Assembly (NCBI GenBank): GCA_963833125.1
Contig: CAWHWX010000016.1
Span: 352,001 to 416,000, forward strand
Length of the DNA stretch: 64,000 bases
Direction: 5' to 3'
Source: Candidatus Bathyarchaeota archaeon
GTDB lineage: Archaea; Thermoproteota; Bathyarchaeia; 40CM-2-53-6
In this document: piece by piece, positions 20,660-32,800 of the stretch
How positions within the stretch are numbered: the first letter of the stretch is position 1
How the letters are laid out: each line of letters begins with the position of its first letter
The notes under the pieces: generated by a model
Databases searched by the model: none
Seen by the model: the letters and a program-made list of their open reading frames with translations, nothing else
What the model was told of the DNA's origin: nothing
Translations under genes and position numbers: made by a program

Positions 20660-21373
20660 GTGGTGGCAAGATTAGAAGCAGACCGGGTAGTTGTTCGATG
20701 GGCGACGACTCGCGGGATGGTTCTTCTGATCTTGAGCTCAATACTGATAATCACAATGCTTACGCCAATTGAACCAATAGATTACCTCTTCTTCGCGCTG
20801 TCATCGGGGTTGAATGTAGCGCCGGAGGTATTGCTCATGCTTTCCGACATATTGCTTCTTTTTGCCGGATTCACCCTGGCAGCTTCACTGCGAACCTTTC
20901 TTGCGGCAGGAAGAGTGATGTCGAGTAACCTAGCCTCTGCGTCCTCCCTTCTTAGCTCACTGAACAGAAAAGTCAATCCAAAGGGAGTGCCAAGTTTGGC
21001 CGCGGCGGCGTTGATAATTGTATTTTGGCATGTACCGGCGGTTCTTGACGAGGCTCTCCTTCAGTTCCAACTGCATTGGATCATGCACGTCTCAGTGTTT
21101 TTCGCTGGCGTGCTGATTTACGTAGGTTTTACCCGCCTAACCCTTGGAATGCGTTTATTGACCTACCTTCTAGGGTGTAAGGCTATGGCGATCTTTGGGG
21201 CCTACCTGCTGGTGGCACCCGTAGCGATTTACGGTTCTTACCCTGCGCCTCAACAAGTGGAAGCAGGTGCAGCCATGCTTGCCATGTGTGTGGCTTCAGA
21301 TGCAACAATCATCCCACTATGGGTCAGACGTTACTTCAAACATGAGTCTCACCAGGACGATAGGGATCGGTAA
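20660..21373 (+). CDS. CtaG/DUF1404-like membrane protein (putative copper-oxidase assembly factor)
   Basis: FWHVP and HWIMH motifs, Met/Cys in TM segments. Confidence 0.6.
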   Translation: MVARLEADRVVVRWATTRGMVLLILSSILIITMLTPIEPIDYLFFALSSGLNVAPEVLLMLSDILLLFAGFTLAASLRTFLAAGRVMSSNLASASSLLSSLNRKVNPKGVPSLAAAALIIVFWHVPAVLDEALLQFQLHWIMHVSVFFAGVLIYVGFTRLTLGMRLLTYLLGCKAMAIFGAYLLVAPVAIYGSYPAPQQVEAGAAMLAMCVASDATIIPLWVRRYFKHESHQDDRDR

Positions 21374-21449
21374 ACCTATCTTCGTGGCTGAGACGTGTTC
21401 GAATCCTGATCCAGTTCGAATCTGTCAACTCTAAAGGCTCCATCCCCAG

Positions 21450-21921
21450 ATGTCGCACTCCAGGAGATTAGTTATAGGCGGCGTCGCAGTTGCCGCGATC
21501 TTAATCCTCAGTTTTGTAACAGGAATTGTTTCCTTTCCGCCTCCATCCGGTTCGGCTGATAATCTGCCTGTCGTAAGTGTCACGTCGTCGACGTGCGTGC
21601 GGCCGCCAGGATACTTTCTCATAATCGCGGACATCTCTGGGTTCAACGATAGCATAGCCCACGGGGCACCGGTGAACCCGTGGCCGGTCATTCGAGTTCA
21701 GCATGGGGATGTGGTTCACATACTCGTCTGCAACAATGATACCTCTCAGGCCCATGGCTTTGCGATACAGAGTTATTTTGACAAAGGCGTGGTCTTGGCG
21801 CCGGGTGACGCGTTACAAAATCGTTTTCGCAGCCACTGTGCCAGGCACGTTCATATTCTATTGTAACATCTTTTGTACCGTTCATGCTTTCATGGTGGGT
21901 CGCCTGATTATCTCTAACTAA
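21450..21921 (+). CDS. Cupredoxin-domain protein with CuA-like loop; frameshift near 21810
   Basis: HGFAI in the first ORF; GTFIFYCNIFCTVHAFM in the second. Confidence 0.75.
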
Positions 21922-21989
21922 TTCGCCATGATGAGTGTAGCTCCAAGAAGAGTGATCGTGGCCAAGGGTTCAGAGTCGGGGTTTGCTAG

Positions 21990-22523
21990 ATGAGAGTTCG
22001 TATGAAGCTGGTGTGGGGCGTAGCGCTCGTGTTGGCAGGAGTTATCTTGATGGCGGTATCAATCACGCCGACACCTGCCCCGCCGGTTACCATCTTATGG
22101 AATCAAAGCGGGATTGCAAACGAGAATGGGGTGTATTTTGACTCGATAACCATTCATAATTACGGATCGTCGAATGTGACGGTCGTCGTCGTGATTGAAG
22201 ACTTAGTTGATACGCATCCACGAGTTTCGGACCCTGTTACGTTATGTCCAAGTTGCACCGCCACTGTGCAGATTGAAGCAACTCAACCGTCCCCAAACCT
22301 GAGTTACGATCAATTCTCATTGTACACCAAGCAGCTCAGCAACCCCGAATCTTACAACGTAGAGTATCTTTCGACTGTGCTGCGATCCAAATTGGACAAC
22401 TATCTGACGACCGGTGGTGCCGTCGCTATCCTCTTCGGCGTATTCATAATGGTCCGAAGCCTCAGGCCAAGCAAATCGCGGAGTCATAAGACAAAGCGAT
22501 CGCGCGCAAGATCGCGTACTTAA
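21990..22523 (+). CDS. Membrane-anchored hypothetical protein
   Basis: N- and C-terminal TM, CPSC motif, basic tail. Confidence 0.55.
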   Translation: MRVRMKLVWGVALVLAGVILMAVSITPTPAPPVTILWNQSGIANENGVYFDSITIHNYGSSNVTVVVVIEDLVDTHPRVSDPVTLCPSCTATVQIEATQPSPNLSYDQFSLYTKQLSNPESYNVEYLSTVLRSKLDNYLTTGGAVAILFGVFIMVRSLRPSKSRSHKTKRSRARSRT

Positions 22524-23058
22524 CCGACCACATAACCAAGCTTGTGAACCCCATCTGCCCTTGTTCGTACGGCCAGTACGCGATCATGCCGGTCGTTGTT
22601 GCAGATTTCACAAAAACAACTCCTGTCATCCATGGATGCGGATCGCAGTGATATGGGTACGTCCCTGCTCGCAGAAACGTATGTGTGAAACTGTCGCCTG
22701 CTTGAATTAACCCCGAGTTGAACTCGGGAATGTTACTGTGAGCCGTGTGCCAGTCCGAGTCTTCGTTCTTCCAAACCACGGTATTGTTGACTCCAATCAC
22801 TATCGTGATTTTAGATGGTTCGAATCCCAAATGAAGGTTCTCACTCGCCCCGTTAGGAATGATGACCACCACTACGGTGGGAGTACTTGGTATCAGATTG
22901 CTGTAGAAGAGTACTCCAACAGCAACTAAGGATACGGTTACGATTAGCGCTATACCAATCGCAGCGAACCGCCTACTCCGTAACCGACTTTGCTTGGGCC
23001 TCGTTCGTCGATTAACTCTCTTTCTGGATCTATTTCTACGAGGGCCTCTCACGTGCAA
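22462..23058 (-). CDS. Plastocyanin/azurin-type blue copper protein
   Basis: WKNEDSDWHT and YPYHCDPHPWM type-1 Cu ligands; N-terminal TM. Confidence 0.88.
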   Translation of the reverse strand: MHVRGPRRNRSRKRVNRRTRPKQSRLRSRRFAAIGIALIVTVSLVAVGVLFYSNLIPSTPTVVVVIIPNGASENLHLGFEPSKITIVIGVNNTVVWKNEDSDWHTAHSNIPEFNSGLIQAGDSFTHTFLRAGTYPYHCDPHPWMTGVVFVKSATTTGMIAYWPYEQGQMGFTSLVMWSVKYAILRAIALSYDSAICLA

Positions 23059-23140
23059 CCCCAGGATAATCCCTTAGCAGCTATTTCCTGTATTTAACAT
23101 CGAATCGAAACTCGCAGGAGAACAATCCTAAGTCCGATAA

Positions 23141-23169
23141 ATTGCACCATTAATTTCTATTGGTACAAT
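23141..23169. promoter_or_regulatory. Inverted repeat in a divergent promoter
   Basis: ATTGCACCA-N11-TGGTACAAT (8/9 match); half-site TTTGGTACAAA also at 27830-27840. Confidence 0.4.
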
Positions 23170-23226
23170 CATCGGGAGAACCAACGTTTGCAAAGCTTGT
23201 TAAATTGAACGGCCGTAAATTCTAGC

Positions 23227-23589
23227 GTGGAGAGTCGATTGCAAGTTCACCTAATTGGTTTCGGGAAGGTTTCGGTACTTCTGGCTGCACTGGGGCTACT
23301 CGTCGCAAAGTTCGATATTCATATGGCGATTCACGTGGTAGGCATCGCGCTTGCAGCTTTGCTCGCAGTAGTTTCATGTAATTCATACTTGAGAGATCGT
23401 AGACCTAAGATTCTTTTCCTGAGCGCTGCATTTCTCCTCCTTGGAGTACAGCAGGTGATGGAGGCATTAGAATCGCTTGGTTTCGCGGTGGTGAATGCGC
23501 CCTTGCCTTTCATTGGTATCGAGCTTTTGCACGTAGTTAGTTTTGGGACGGTTCTATTTCTTGCCGTCGGCGTTCTAAAGAAAGCATAG
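23227..23589 (+). CDS. Small 3-4 TM protein coupled to a wHTH regulator
   Basis: SY.R...KILFLSAAF pattern; His in TM segments. Confidence 0.6.
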   Translation: MESRLQVHLIGFGKVSVLLAALGLLVAKFDIHMAIHVVGIALAALLAVVSCNSYLRDRRPKILFLSAAFLLLGVQQVMEALESLGFAVVNAPLPFIGIELLHVVSFGTVLFLAVGVLKKA

Positions 23590-23627
23590 AAATTGCGAAT
23601 GGTGCACTTAGGGGACGATCGAAGCCT

Positions 23628-24152
23628 GTGAAGACTGTACATGTTGGATATCGAGCGCAACGACTACTTGATGTTGTAAAGCTGCTTCCCGGCATACACT
23701 TGAGGGAGGCGCAACGTCGAACCGGGCTCGGTTTGGGCAACACAGTCTATCAGCTTCAGAAATTGGAATCCCTAGGGCTGATCGATTCGGAGAAGTGCGG
23801 GAGATATCGTAGGTACTATCCTCCTAACATCAATGTGGCTGATCGGAGGATGCTTTCGGTGCTCCTGAACCCGAGCCGCCGGCGGATCATTCAGCTATTA
23901 GTTGCAAAGCATGCGTTGAACGTCTCCGACCTATGTGTCAAATTGAGTCTAGGTAAGTCCACGACCCTTTGGCATCTTAAGATCCTAGAATCAGAAGGCT
24001 TGGTAAATTCTCCAGTTGGCTTGCCAGATTCAGACCTTTGGCACCTTAGGGATCCTCGAAATGCGAACCGTATCCTCTCTAAATTCAATCAGAACGCTCT
24101 GGATAGTTTGAGTGAATCGTTCCTCCAATCCTGGGATTTGATTGGGGACTAG
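23628..24152 (+). CDS. Double winged-helix transcriptional regulator
   Basis: PGIHLRE..YQLQKLE..RYY and STTLWHLKILESEGLV. Confidence 0.85.
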   Translation: MKTVHVGYRAQRLLDVVKLLPGIHLREAQRRTGLGLGNTVYQLQKLESLGLIDSEKCGRYRRYYPPNINVADRRMLSVLLNPSRRRIIQLLVAKHALNVSDLCVKLSLGKSTTLWHLKILESEGLVNSPVGLPDSDLWHLRDPRNANRILSKFNQNALDSLSESFLQSWDLIGD

Positions 24153-24212
24153 TGTAGCGATCTATGAAATGTCCGTTGGGATATTTGGTGCTCTGAGTCT
24201 CTAGGCGGGGCG

Positions 24213-27020
24213 TTACCGGATGCGGGCTTTGCGTTTCATTCTTCTCTGGCCGAGTACGAGGGCAGCAATAGTCGCTGACCCAACAATTACTGCAACAATA
24301 ACCGCAAGTTGGACGAAATCAGAGTTATTGGCGTTCGATACAAGTTGTAGAGCGGATGTTGTCGAGGTCAAGACGCCAAGGACGTTGCTTGCGGGGAGGG
24401 TGAACCACACATTTCCCGATTGGTCAACAGATAGGAGTTGAACGTCAGACATGTTGTTTGGGACGGGAAAATTGCTGAAGGTATGTGTTGAAAGGTCCAG
24501 GCTGCCTAAGGCGTTGGCGATATGTTCCACGAACCAGATCGTGTTAGCGTGGTAGGTTATCCCGAATGGAAAAGCCTGAGGGGTGGGAATCGTGTATGAG
24601 TAGAAGGATTGATTCTTTGGATCATATTGCGTGATTCGGTTTCCAGCGTGTTGTGTGAACCAGATTGATCCGTCCGGCGCGGTCGTAATGCCCGTTGGGC
24701 CCAGTAGTGTTCCATTCCCAGGTTGAAATTCGCTAATCATACCATTCTGTGGGTTGACCACTTCCGATTTTCCCACCCTTTGACTCTGTAAACCACACGG
24801 ACCCGTTTGCATCTACCGTTGTTTGGATCGGTATGGCATCGGCCGTTGGAATTTGGAATTCGGTGATGTTACCTGTCGATGGATTTAATCGTCCGATCTT
24901 GTCGCCGATTTCTTCAGTGAACCAAATGTTCCCATTGTTATCAGCGGTAATCCCTCCTGGTACTGCGCCCGAGGTGGGGATGGAGTATTGCTTGAAAGTG
25001 TTAGTTGTGGGATCGAACTTTACTATCTGGTTATACTGGGTTTCAGAAGCCCACACGGATCCGTTATCATCAATTGTAAGGTAGAATGGTCTCGACCCTG
25101 CTTGAGGAAGAGAGAATTCGCTTAAAGTTCCAGATGTAGGGTCGTAGCGGGCTATGTTCCCAGATCCGCTTTCCGCGAACCAGATCATTCCGCTCTTATC
25201 GACAATGATTCCGTAGGGATTGGCGTCACTGGATAAGGGTAGCTCGGAGAATCTTAAGGAGATGAGTGGGACGTTAAATTGGAACGGAACGACTACATCA
25301 AATCCTCCCGATCTTTGCGCCCAAACCTCCGCCTGCCAGTTTCCTGAGAAGCTTAGGTACGTGCCATCTAACGAGTAAATGCCCTCGTTTGATGAGGCGG
25401 TTGCATTGGCTTGCGACACGCCAATATTCCTGTCCAAATACTTGAATTTCACGAAAACTGATCGAACATCTGTAATCGAAGTTCCTTGCGGATTCGTGAA
25501 ATCGATTTCAAAATGATTGTCACCTACCTGGAATGGAAAAATCTTCACAGTCACATTCACGCCTTGGTCTGAGTAACCTCGAAGAATGAACGGAGGGGGT
25601 TGGTACGTCGGAGGAGGGGATGGTGTTTGCGCAACAGGGGCGCTAGCCGTTAGAAGTCCTACTACGAGCAGCAAGATTACGCCCAGAGTTAACTCTGATC
25701 GGATCGATAGTTTGAATCTCCCCAGCCAATGCGTGGAACGTCGTTGATTGACTCGCGTTGCTTTGACAGGTCCCGCTGTAATTTTGTTGTAGAGAAAGAA
25801 TTGATTGGAAGCACCCAGTATAATCATCGGCGCGAAGATTGCTATTTTTACGAGAATAATTCTTCCGTAAGGGGTGGCGAATAATGCGGTTAAACTTCCA
25901 ACCTCCAAAACCAAATTATAGATCCCCGTTATCCCGATGACTCCGACGCAAGTTACAGCTACGGATGAGAAACGCCTGAGTAAGCCAGCTACGAGTTTTC
26001 GCTTGGCTTCGTTTAGATTATTCATGGAGGCGATGGCTACGGCAAAATAAGCTAAGCCTCCTACCCAGGCTCCTACGGCAACTAAATGAAGCCAATCTGA
26101 GAGGAGGTTGATTACCGGGTCATAGATTGTGGCTGCCGCGTTGTGACTCGAAACGCTTGTGGAAAGCGACAGCAGCAACCCTATCGCCAATACTAAGCTC
26201 CAACTTCTCTTCGAGGGGTTCTTTGCTCGCATGATGATTATCGAGGCTGCGAGAGCTGCAACAACGAACGGCTAACCGGAATATCCAGTACTCGCCGAGT
26301 TGAGTTGATGAAACAATGGTATAGGCAGTCGTCAAAACGTTGACTATCGAAGGCGAGGCGGCGGCTGCAATTGCTTCAACAATCAACAATAACCAAGTTG
26401 CCACCACTCCAACGATCACCGAGAGCGTTAGTAGCCGTGAAAATCGCGACGATACCTTGCGGCCGTATTCATCGGAGGTCTCGTTACGAGCTCTCGTTGA
26501 CCGTAGGAATCCAAACGACGAGAGCGAAGATTCCTCCGCCTAGAAACATTACGTCAATTAGAACGTTTAGCCAACGTTCGGCCACTTCGAGAGCTGAGGG
26601 AAATGTGTACGCGGTGCTATTGTTATTCTGTTGAACGGGTATGGTTACGTTTCCGATACCGAATGAAAACGATCCGCTCGTGTGATGTCCGTCCACGGCT
26701 GAGATTGCGTGCCAAGAGACCGTGTATACTCCAGAGGATAGCGTTGGCAAACTCAGAATGAGGATCGTGGCGTCCGTGGGGCTGACGGAGTAGCCAGTAT
26801 CGACTTCTTTACCTGTTGAATCATATACCGCTGCTCCGCTGAGTTTCGGCTCTAATTGTTCGGTAAAGTAGAGAGTTACTTGATGTGGCGAGGAAGGGAG
26901 GATGCTGTTAGCAGGAGGATCTGACCGAATTAGATTCGCGTGAGCGTAAGCAGGAGTTACGAATCCTGCTATCAATAACAGCGTTGCGAATGTGAGTAGT
27001 ACTAAGGCGCGATTGCTCAT
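24213..27020 (-). CDS. CopC-CopD-YtkA-like-Vgb-type beta-propeller fusion; three frameshifts
   Basis: HANLIRSDP/DGH (CopC); SH..DWLHL..W.GG..RRFS (CopD); PFQVGDNHF; repeated PxGI..D..GxIWFxE blades; C-terminal TM. Confidence 0.8.
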
Positions 27021-27051
27021 AGCACTCGCGTCATATCAGTTTCCGTCTGCT

Positions 27052-27776
27052 CTATTTCCTGTTTGGTCGGCGTTTGCGGCCTCGGTTCATCGCAATTAAG
27101 CCCGAGACGACTCCAATTACTCCGATCGCAACACCGACTACCGCAAACAGTATAGGCTGTTTGAATGCTATCCTGCATCTGGGTGACTTGCGACTGTAGA
27201 GTTGAGATTTGCGATTGTGCATTGGTCAGGGCCGTTTGAAGATCGCTCCCGGAGGCACTTGTGTTGTGGGAATTGGATTTCCGAGGCTGGGTCTACGCAT
27301 TCGTAGGTTGTCGGTCCGCATGTGAACGTTTCGTTTACAGCTGTCGCACCGATGTTTCCGAATATTATGAACGAGATCGTCCCTGGCACCGTGGGTTCTA
27401 CTTCCGCTGTATATTCGCCGAAGAATAAGGGAGGGACATCGTTCGACAAGTTGGGCGAGAAACTAAGCGTCGTTGACTGTCCTCCTAAGACAACCGTCAC
27501 CCGTAGGCTTTGGTCGAGTCCATAAACGGGGCATGAAGTACTGACAGTACCTTGCGGGCATGTTCCGTTAATATAATGAGCCCAAAAATCAACGGCGTTT
27601 ATTTCATTCGCATACGCGGGTTCATTGACCCATCCAACGACAAATTCAATCTGCTGCCCGTTTATCGTTAGAACTCGATGAGTGTGAGCCCAAGCCGAGG
27701 GCGCAGAGGCTAGTAATATGACAGACACGAACATTACTATCGCTGGTATGCCAATCCTAGCTTTCATCAAGGCCAC
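27052..27776 (-). CDS. Exported membrane-anchored protein with mature N-terminal His; frameshift(s) near 27170-27260
   Basis: AWA|HTH..VGWVNEP; TM anchor FAVVGVAIGVIGVVSGLIAMNRGRK in another frame, ending 27052. Confidence 0.6.
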
Positions 27777-27903
27777 CTTAATCTTAGGAGAGAACGGATC
27801 GCGAGTAAGGGTTAAACTTAGTTAAGCCATTTGGTACAAAATTCGAAGCCTACAAGATTAGAAGGGACGATCGATCCAAGATTAACAGTTATGTGGTGTT
27901 CGT

Positions 27904-28705
27904 ATGCCTGGTGAACTGGTTAACTCCGCTGAGGCTGTTCTAGCTACATTCATCTGTCTTTACCTGGGAATTTTCAGTCCATTCCTAATTGCCGGGAAGT
28001 CGAGTTCCCGATTGAAGGTATCTGATGGCGCTTGCCTCAGGCATTATGTGCTGGTCTTTTGTCGACATAATGAACGACTCGGCCTTGCTCGGTGTCAATC
28101 AAGGCTTCAGTGGCGGACTAATTCACGTTTTCCTGGCCGGAGTCTTTGCGGTTGCCTTGGTCGTTCTGTTTTGGTTGGATCGACTCTCAACGAATACCGG
28201 ACGCGGAAAGAGACGGGATATGATGCTCTCTTATGGGACGGCTCTCATTGTTGCGTTGGGTGTTGGGTTTCATTCTTTGGGTGAGGGCGTGGAAATTGGT
28301 TCTTTGGTTGGCTATTCCTACGCGATAGCTGGGGTATCCTCGAATCTGATTACGGCCATTGGCGGGCTATCATCCGGTGTGGCATACCTCATGCACAAGT
28401 TCCTAGAGGGACTCGTAATTGGGGTCTTCGCGACAGCAGTGAAGGCCCGTTTCGGGCGGATCCTCGTCCTTGGTCTGTTGGCCGGTGTACCTACCACTCT
28501 AGGGTTGGCGGCGGCGCTCATGGTGCCGATCGATTCAACCGTCTTCTTCGCGTCCGGGGCCGCGGCCGTCATCTATATCGAATACAAGCTGATACCCAAT
28601 CTTGCACGCGGGGATCGTGCCGTGTTTTACCTTGCCTTCTTCCTTCTGGGCTTCTACCTGATGTATTTGGCAGGCCTTTTCCATTCCTATACCTCCATTT
28701 TCTAG
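27904..28705 (+). CDS. ZIP-family divalent metal transporter; frameshift near 28020
   Basis: HSLGEG and HKFLEG motifs. Confidence 0.8.
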
Positions 28706-28910
28706 CTGTAATCGAACCGCTTGATTTGTCCACATAGCAAAATTGGCCACATATACTGTGGTTAACGGTGGGACCCAAGGTGGATGTCTAAAACGGCTGC
28801 CTGTCTTGACAGGCTTTAGCATGCGTTGCGTCAAAACCCCAGAAATATCGGCAGGCTGGAGAGGCGATGAAGATGAAGATGCAAGCCACTCCAAAGGACG
28901 TTAGACGTCG

Positions 28911-29861
28911 ATGAGCTACTCGTTGAGCAGACGATTAGTGTTCGCCAGTACCGTCGTGTTACTTGTAACCTGCTTAATAAGTCAAACATGGCATCCGGCC
29001 TATGCCCACTTCAACACGAAAGCCCCAGACACAGACGTTCTGCTGACGTGGCCTATCGCTGGCAGTTACTCGATGAGCTTGGATGTGAAAGTTCTCAGGT
29101 CACCAGTTTCGAACGCTGCAATATATTGGGGATATCAGTTCCAATTCGCGAATAACGAGACCGGGTACATCACCCTAGGTGTAGGTGGTGACTCTAAGCT
29201 TGTCAGCTTCGGAATATTCGATGCCGTACAGGGAAATCCTAACAACTCAAGTGGCGTGTGTGACAATGTCATTGGATTCCTAAACACTGGTATTGGTAAT
29301 GCTTGTTTCATATTCTACAATTGGAATATTGGATACGATTACCGACTCCAAATTGCGAGAATTGCGGACCTAAACGGGAGTGAACAATGGCAAGGGAGTG
29401 TATTCGATTATTCGGCAAATTCTACATCGAATATCGGAAAAATCCTTGTATCCCAAACTTATGGGCAGTTAGGCACACTCACATCAACATGGGATGAGTA
29501 TGCGATCGCTTCGTCCTGTGACACACCACCCGCAAGTGCAATTTTCTCCTACCCATATGCTATGAACGATGCAGGCAACCACGCCCCCAGTTCAGCTGAA
29601 CTCACATATGGTAACACAACCTGTCAGGATTCGAACGTACAATACCTGGGCGGCGGAGCGTATGAGGCGGATGCAGGAAGCAATGTCACTCGCACAACGT
29701 CCGCCAAGACTTGGTTATGGACGCAAGAGCCAACGCTGACTTCTCAGAGCCAAACCTCGCTACCGGTTCCAGAGATCACCTTTGGTGAACCCGTCTTTCT
29801 TGTAGTCATAATGATTTCAGCAATTGTAGCACCAGCTCTGTTGCGGCACACACGTCACTAG
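28911..29861 (+). CDS. Secreted protein with PEF-CTERM-like anchor
   Basis: Signal AYA|HF; C-terminal VPEI + TM + RHTRH. Confidence 0.65.
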   Translation: MSYSLSRRLVFASTVVLLVTCLISQTWHPAYAHFNTKAPDTDVLLTWPIAGSYSMSLDVKVLRSPVSNAAIYWGYQFQFANNETGYITLGVGGDSKLVSFGIFDAVQGNPNNSSGVCDNVIGFLNTGIGNACFIFYNWNIGYDYRLQIARIADLNGSEQWQGSVFDYSANSTSNIGKILVSQTYGQLGTLTSTWDEYAIASSCDTPPASAIFSYPYAMNDAGNHAPSSAELTYGNTTCQDSNVQYLGGGAYEADAGSNVTRTTSAKTWLWTQEPTLTSQSQTSLPVPEITFGEPVFLVVIMISAIVAPALLRHTRH

Positions 29862-29887
29862 CTTCACAACTGAACTTGGCCAGTTGA

Positions 29888-32800
29888 TTGGCCAAAAGTA
29901 CCAATAGAGTAAAATTAGGGTTTGAAGCGTTTCGCCCAAATCTGATCAGTTTGCACGCGAAAGCATTGGCATTGCTAGTCCTTGCCATATTCTTCATCGG
30001 ATTAATCGCACCTTTTCAGATGGTCGGCGCGGAAAGGGCGCTCGCTAAACTTGACCCGACCCTCATAGACCGGCTTGAGGGCGTTCAGCAACCAGGTTTA
30101 CGCGTTCAGGGAAATTCAGTCTTTGTCTTCGTGGGTCTTAACTCCGGTTATGCTGCAAGAGATGTTGCAGGTTACATGTCGGCTAAGTTCGAGGTTGGAC
30201 CTTCTCATTCCCCATTCGCTGTTTATGGAACTACTAGCGTTGCTTCGCTCCTAGACCTAGCTTCGTCGCCAGCAGTGTCCTACATTTTTCCGGACGTGAA
30301 GCTAGGCTTCGAACAAATGAAACCTGACCCAGAGGTCTATAGTCAACATTTGGCCACGGACATGTTCAAGGTTAGGCAGATCATCGGCGCGGATCAGGTT
30401 AACCAGCTCGGCATCTCGGGAAACAACGTCACAGTTGCAGTCGTGGATACCGGAACCGATTTCACAATACCTGACCTCCAGAACGCGGTTGCAAGAAACA
30501 ATTTAGGCCAAGCGATCTCGTTCGATCCTGACGGGCAAAGCTTGGCTATCACGAACTTGACCGTGACAAGGTTCGGAGGCGTACTGGCAACCGCCGGGAA
30601 GACTGTCAGCGTTTGGAACCCACCCAGCTACGTCAGCACTAACCCAAGTCAGCCGCAGATCGAGAAAGGTGCGGTTGCACTACAATTACGTGGCTCCAAC
30701 GGTACTCTCAAAGTCCGGATACTACCATTTCGGCCTGTTAACTGAGGAACTCTCGGATGTAATTTCAGGGTCCACGGTCGACCTCGCGTTCCCAGTTGTG
30801 GTTATTGATGCTCATCAAGCTGGGGTTTATGATACAGTCTTTGTCGATATGTCCACGGCATATTACAATTTCCTGCTAAACTACCGGGATAGCTCTAAAA
30901 CGCGAATGCCGCGCAAACCCTCAACCTGAACCTGACATGGCCGTCTCCTCAACCCAGCTGGAATGATCATGGCTTTGCCGATGAGCAGCCACATACCGCC
31001 TCGCCAGGCCACGACCTAATCTTCTTCGACCCGAACAATACAGGTGTCCCAGTATTCAGCGCCGGAATACTCGCCTACGGACTCGATCTGGGCGGGTACA
31101 CCGGCACGAATTACGCATTACTTCCTCCAATCGATCCGAACGGGAATTTCATCAACGTTTACTTCGATTTCGAAAGTCATGGAACGAGCACTGCTTCTAA
31201 TGTTGCTTCGCGTGGAATTCTGAAGCGTGATATATACCAAAACGGAACCCTGCTCACGTTACCCGGAATCGCCCCCACGGCCAAAATCATGGGGGTAAAA
31301 GCTCTTTGGCTTGGAGACACGACATTCGCATGGTATTACGCGGCTGGGTTCGACTGGAATGCAACTGATTTCAGTTTCAAATACACAGGAAACCACCGGG
31401 CCGACATTATAAGTAATAGTTGGGGAGACTCAGACCCAATCGCTGACCTAGGTTCAACTTTCGGTCTCGATCTTGAAAGTCAATTAGCCGACGCATTCAC
31501 CATACCCCATTATCTCGATCCTGCCTACCCCGGCGTCGTAATGCTTATCGCGGCAGGGAACGGTGGATTCGGATACGGTACAACCGCCTCGCCGGGAGCT
31601 GCAACACTCCCCATAACAGTAGGCGCATCAACGAGCTATGCCTACCGAACTGCGCCTGGTACTCACATAGCGCATGAGATTCAAGGCAGCTATGACGAAG
31701 TTGTTCCATGGAGCGCACGGGGACCAACATCAACCGGCGAACCCAAACCAGATGTGGTGGACGTAGGAGCATTCGGATTCACTGATCAAACAACATTCAC
31801 AGGTTACGGTAACAGCACCAGTGCCTACACGATATTCGGCGGAACAAGTATGGCCACACCTGTCACCGCCGGAGCTGTTGCATTGGTGATAGAAGAGTAT
31901 CGAAACACCCACGGAGGCGCGACACCCGCTCCCGACCTTGTAAAAGCCATTCTAGCAAGTACCGCTACAGATCTGTCATACGACCAGTTTACACAGGGAT
32001 CTGGGAGGGTTAACGTCTGGGATGCCGTCGCGGCAGCCGCAGAAGGGCACGACAGCCGTCTCCCAACCAGATTCTACCTATACTCACCGGCTTCCTGGGA
32101 TTCCGTTAAGAAACTCCTAGCCCAGTCATGGTCGGTGAATCTACAAACCCCCATTCCAGCAGCGAGTAGCGTCTCGGCAAACTGGTACGCTGGAATTGTA
32201 CAGCCAGGTGCTTCAGTGAGCACGACTTTCGACATTCAGAACGCTGTCCAACCGTCCGCGCAAGCATATTCATACACCCTCATCTCCTCAACTACATCGC
32301 GACACACGGCGAATTCTACGGTTACATGGGTCCAGATACCGAAGTCCTCAATTCCAACTAACGCGGACCTCATGAAAGTCACACTCGTATACCATTTCTC
32401 AGATTTCGTGAACGCAACAAGTTACACCGCCAATAACTTGCTACTAGCGCAAATCTACGACACGAATTTCGATTCTGCAGGACATATTAGCAGAATCACT
32501 AACGGCGCACCCTACAGCACGACCTCTGAACTCGTAGTTGGACGACCATTAACAAAGTTCCTCGGAGTGCCAGCGGTGAGAATCGTGAAACAAGGATCAG
32601 CCTCCAACATAACGTTCGAATTAGTCTACCGATACTACACGCGGTCACCTTGGACCTGGATAACGCAGCTTTCAACCTCACAGAATTCTCTCACAGCAAC
32701 ACTGACCGTTCCAGCGGGTACGAGCCCCGGTGTGTACGGTGGGTTTATCGGGGTATCCGATAACGGAACTGAAACCGTTATCCCAGTCTCCGTTGTAGTT

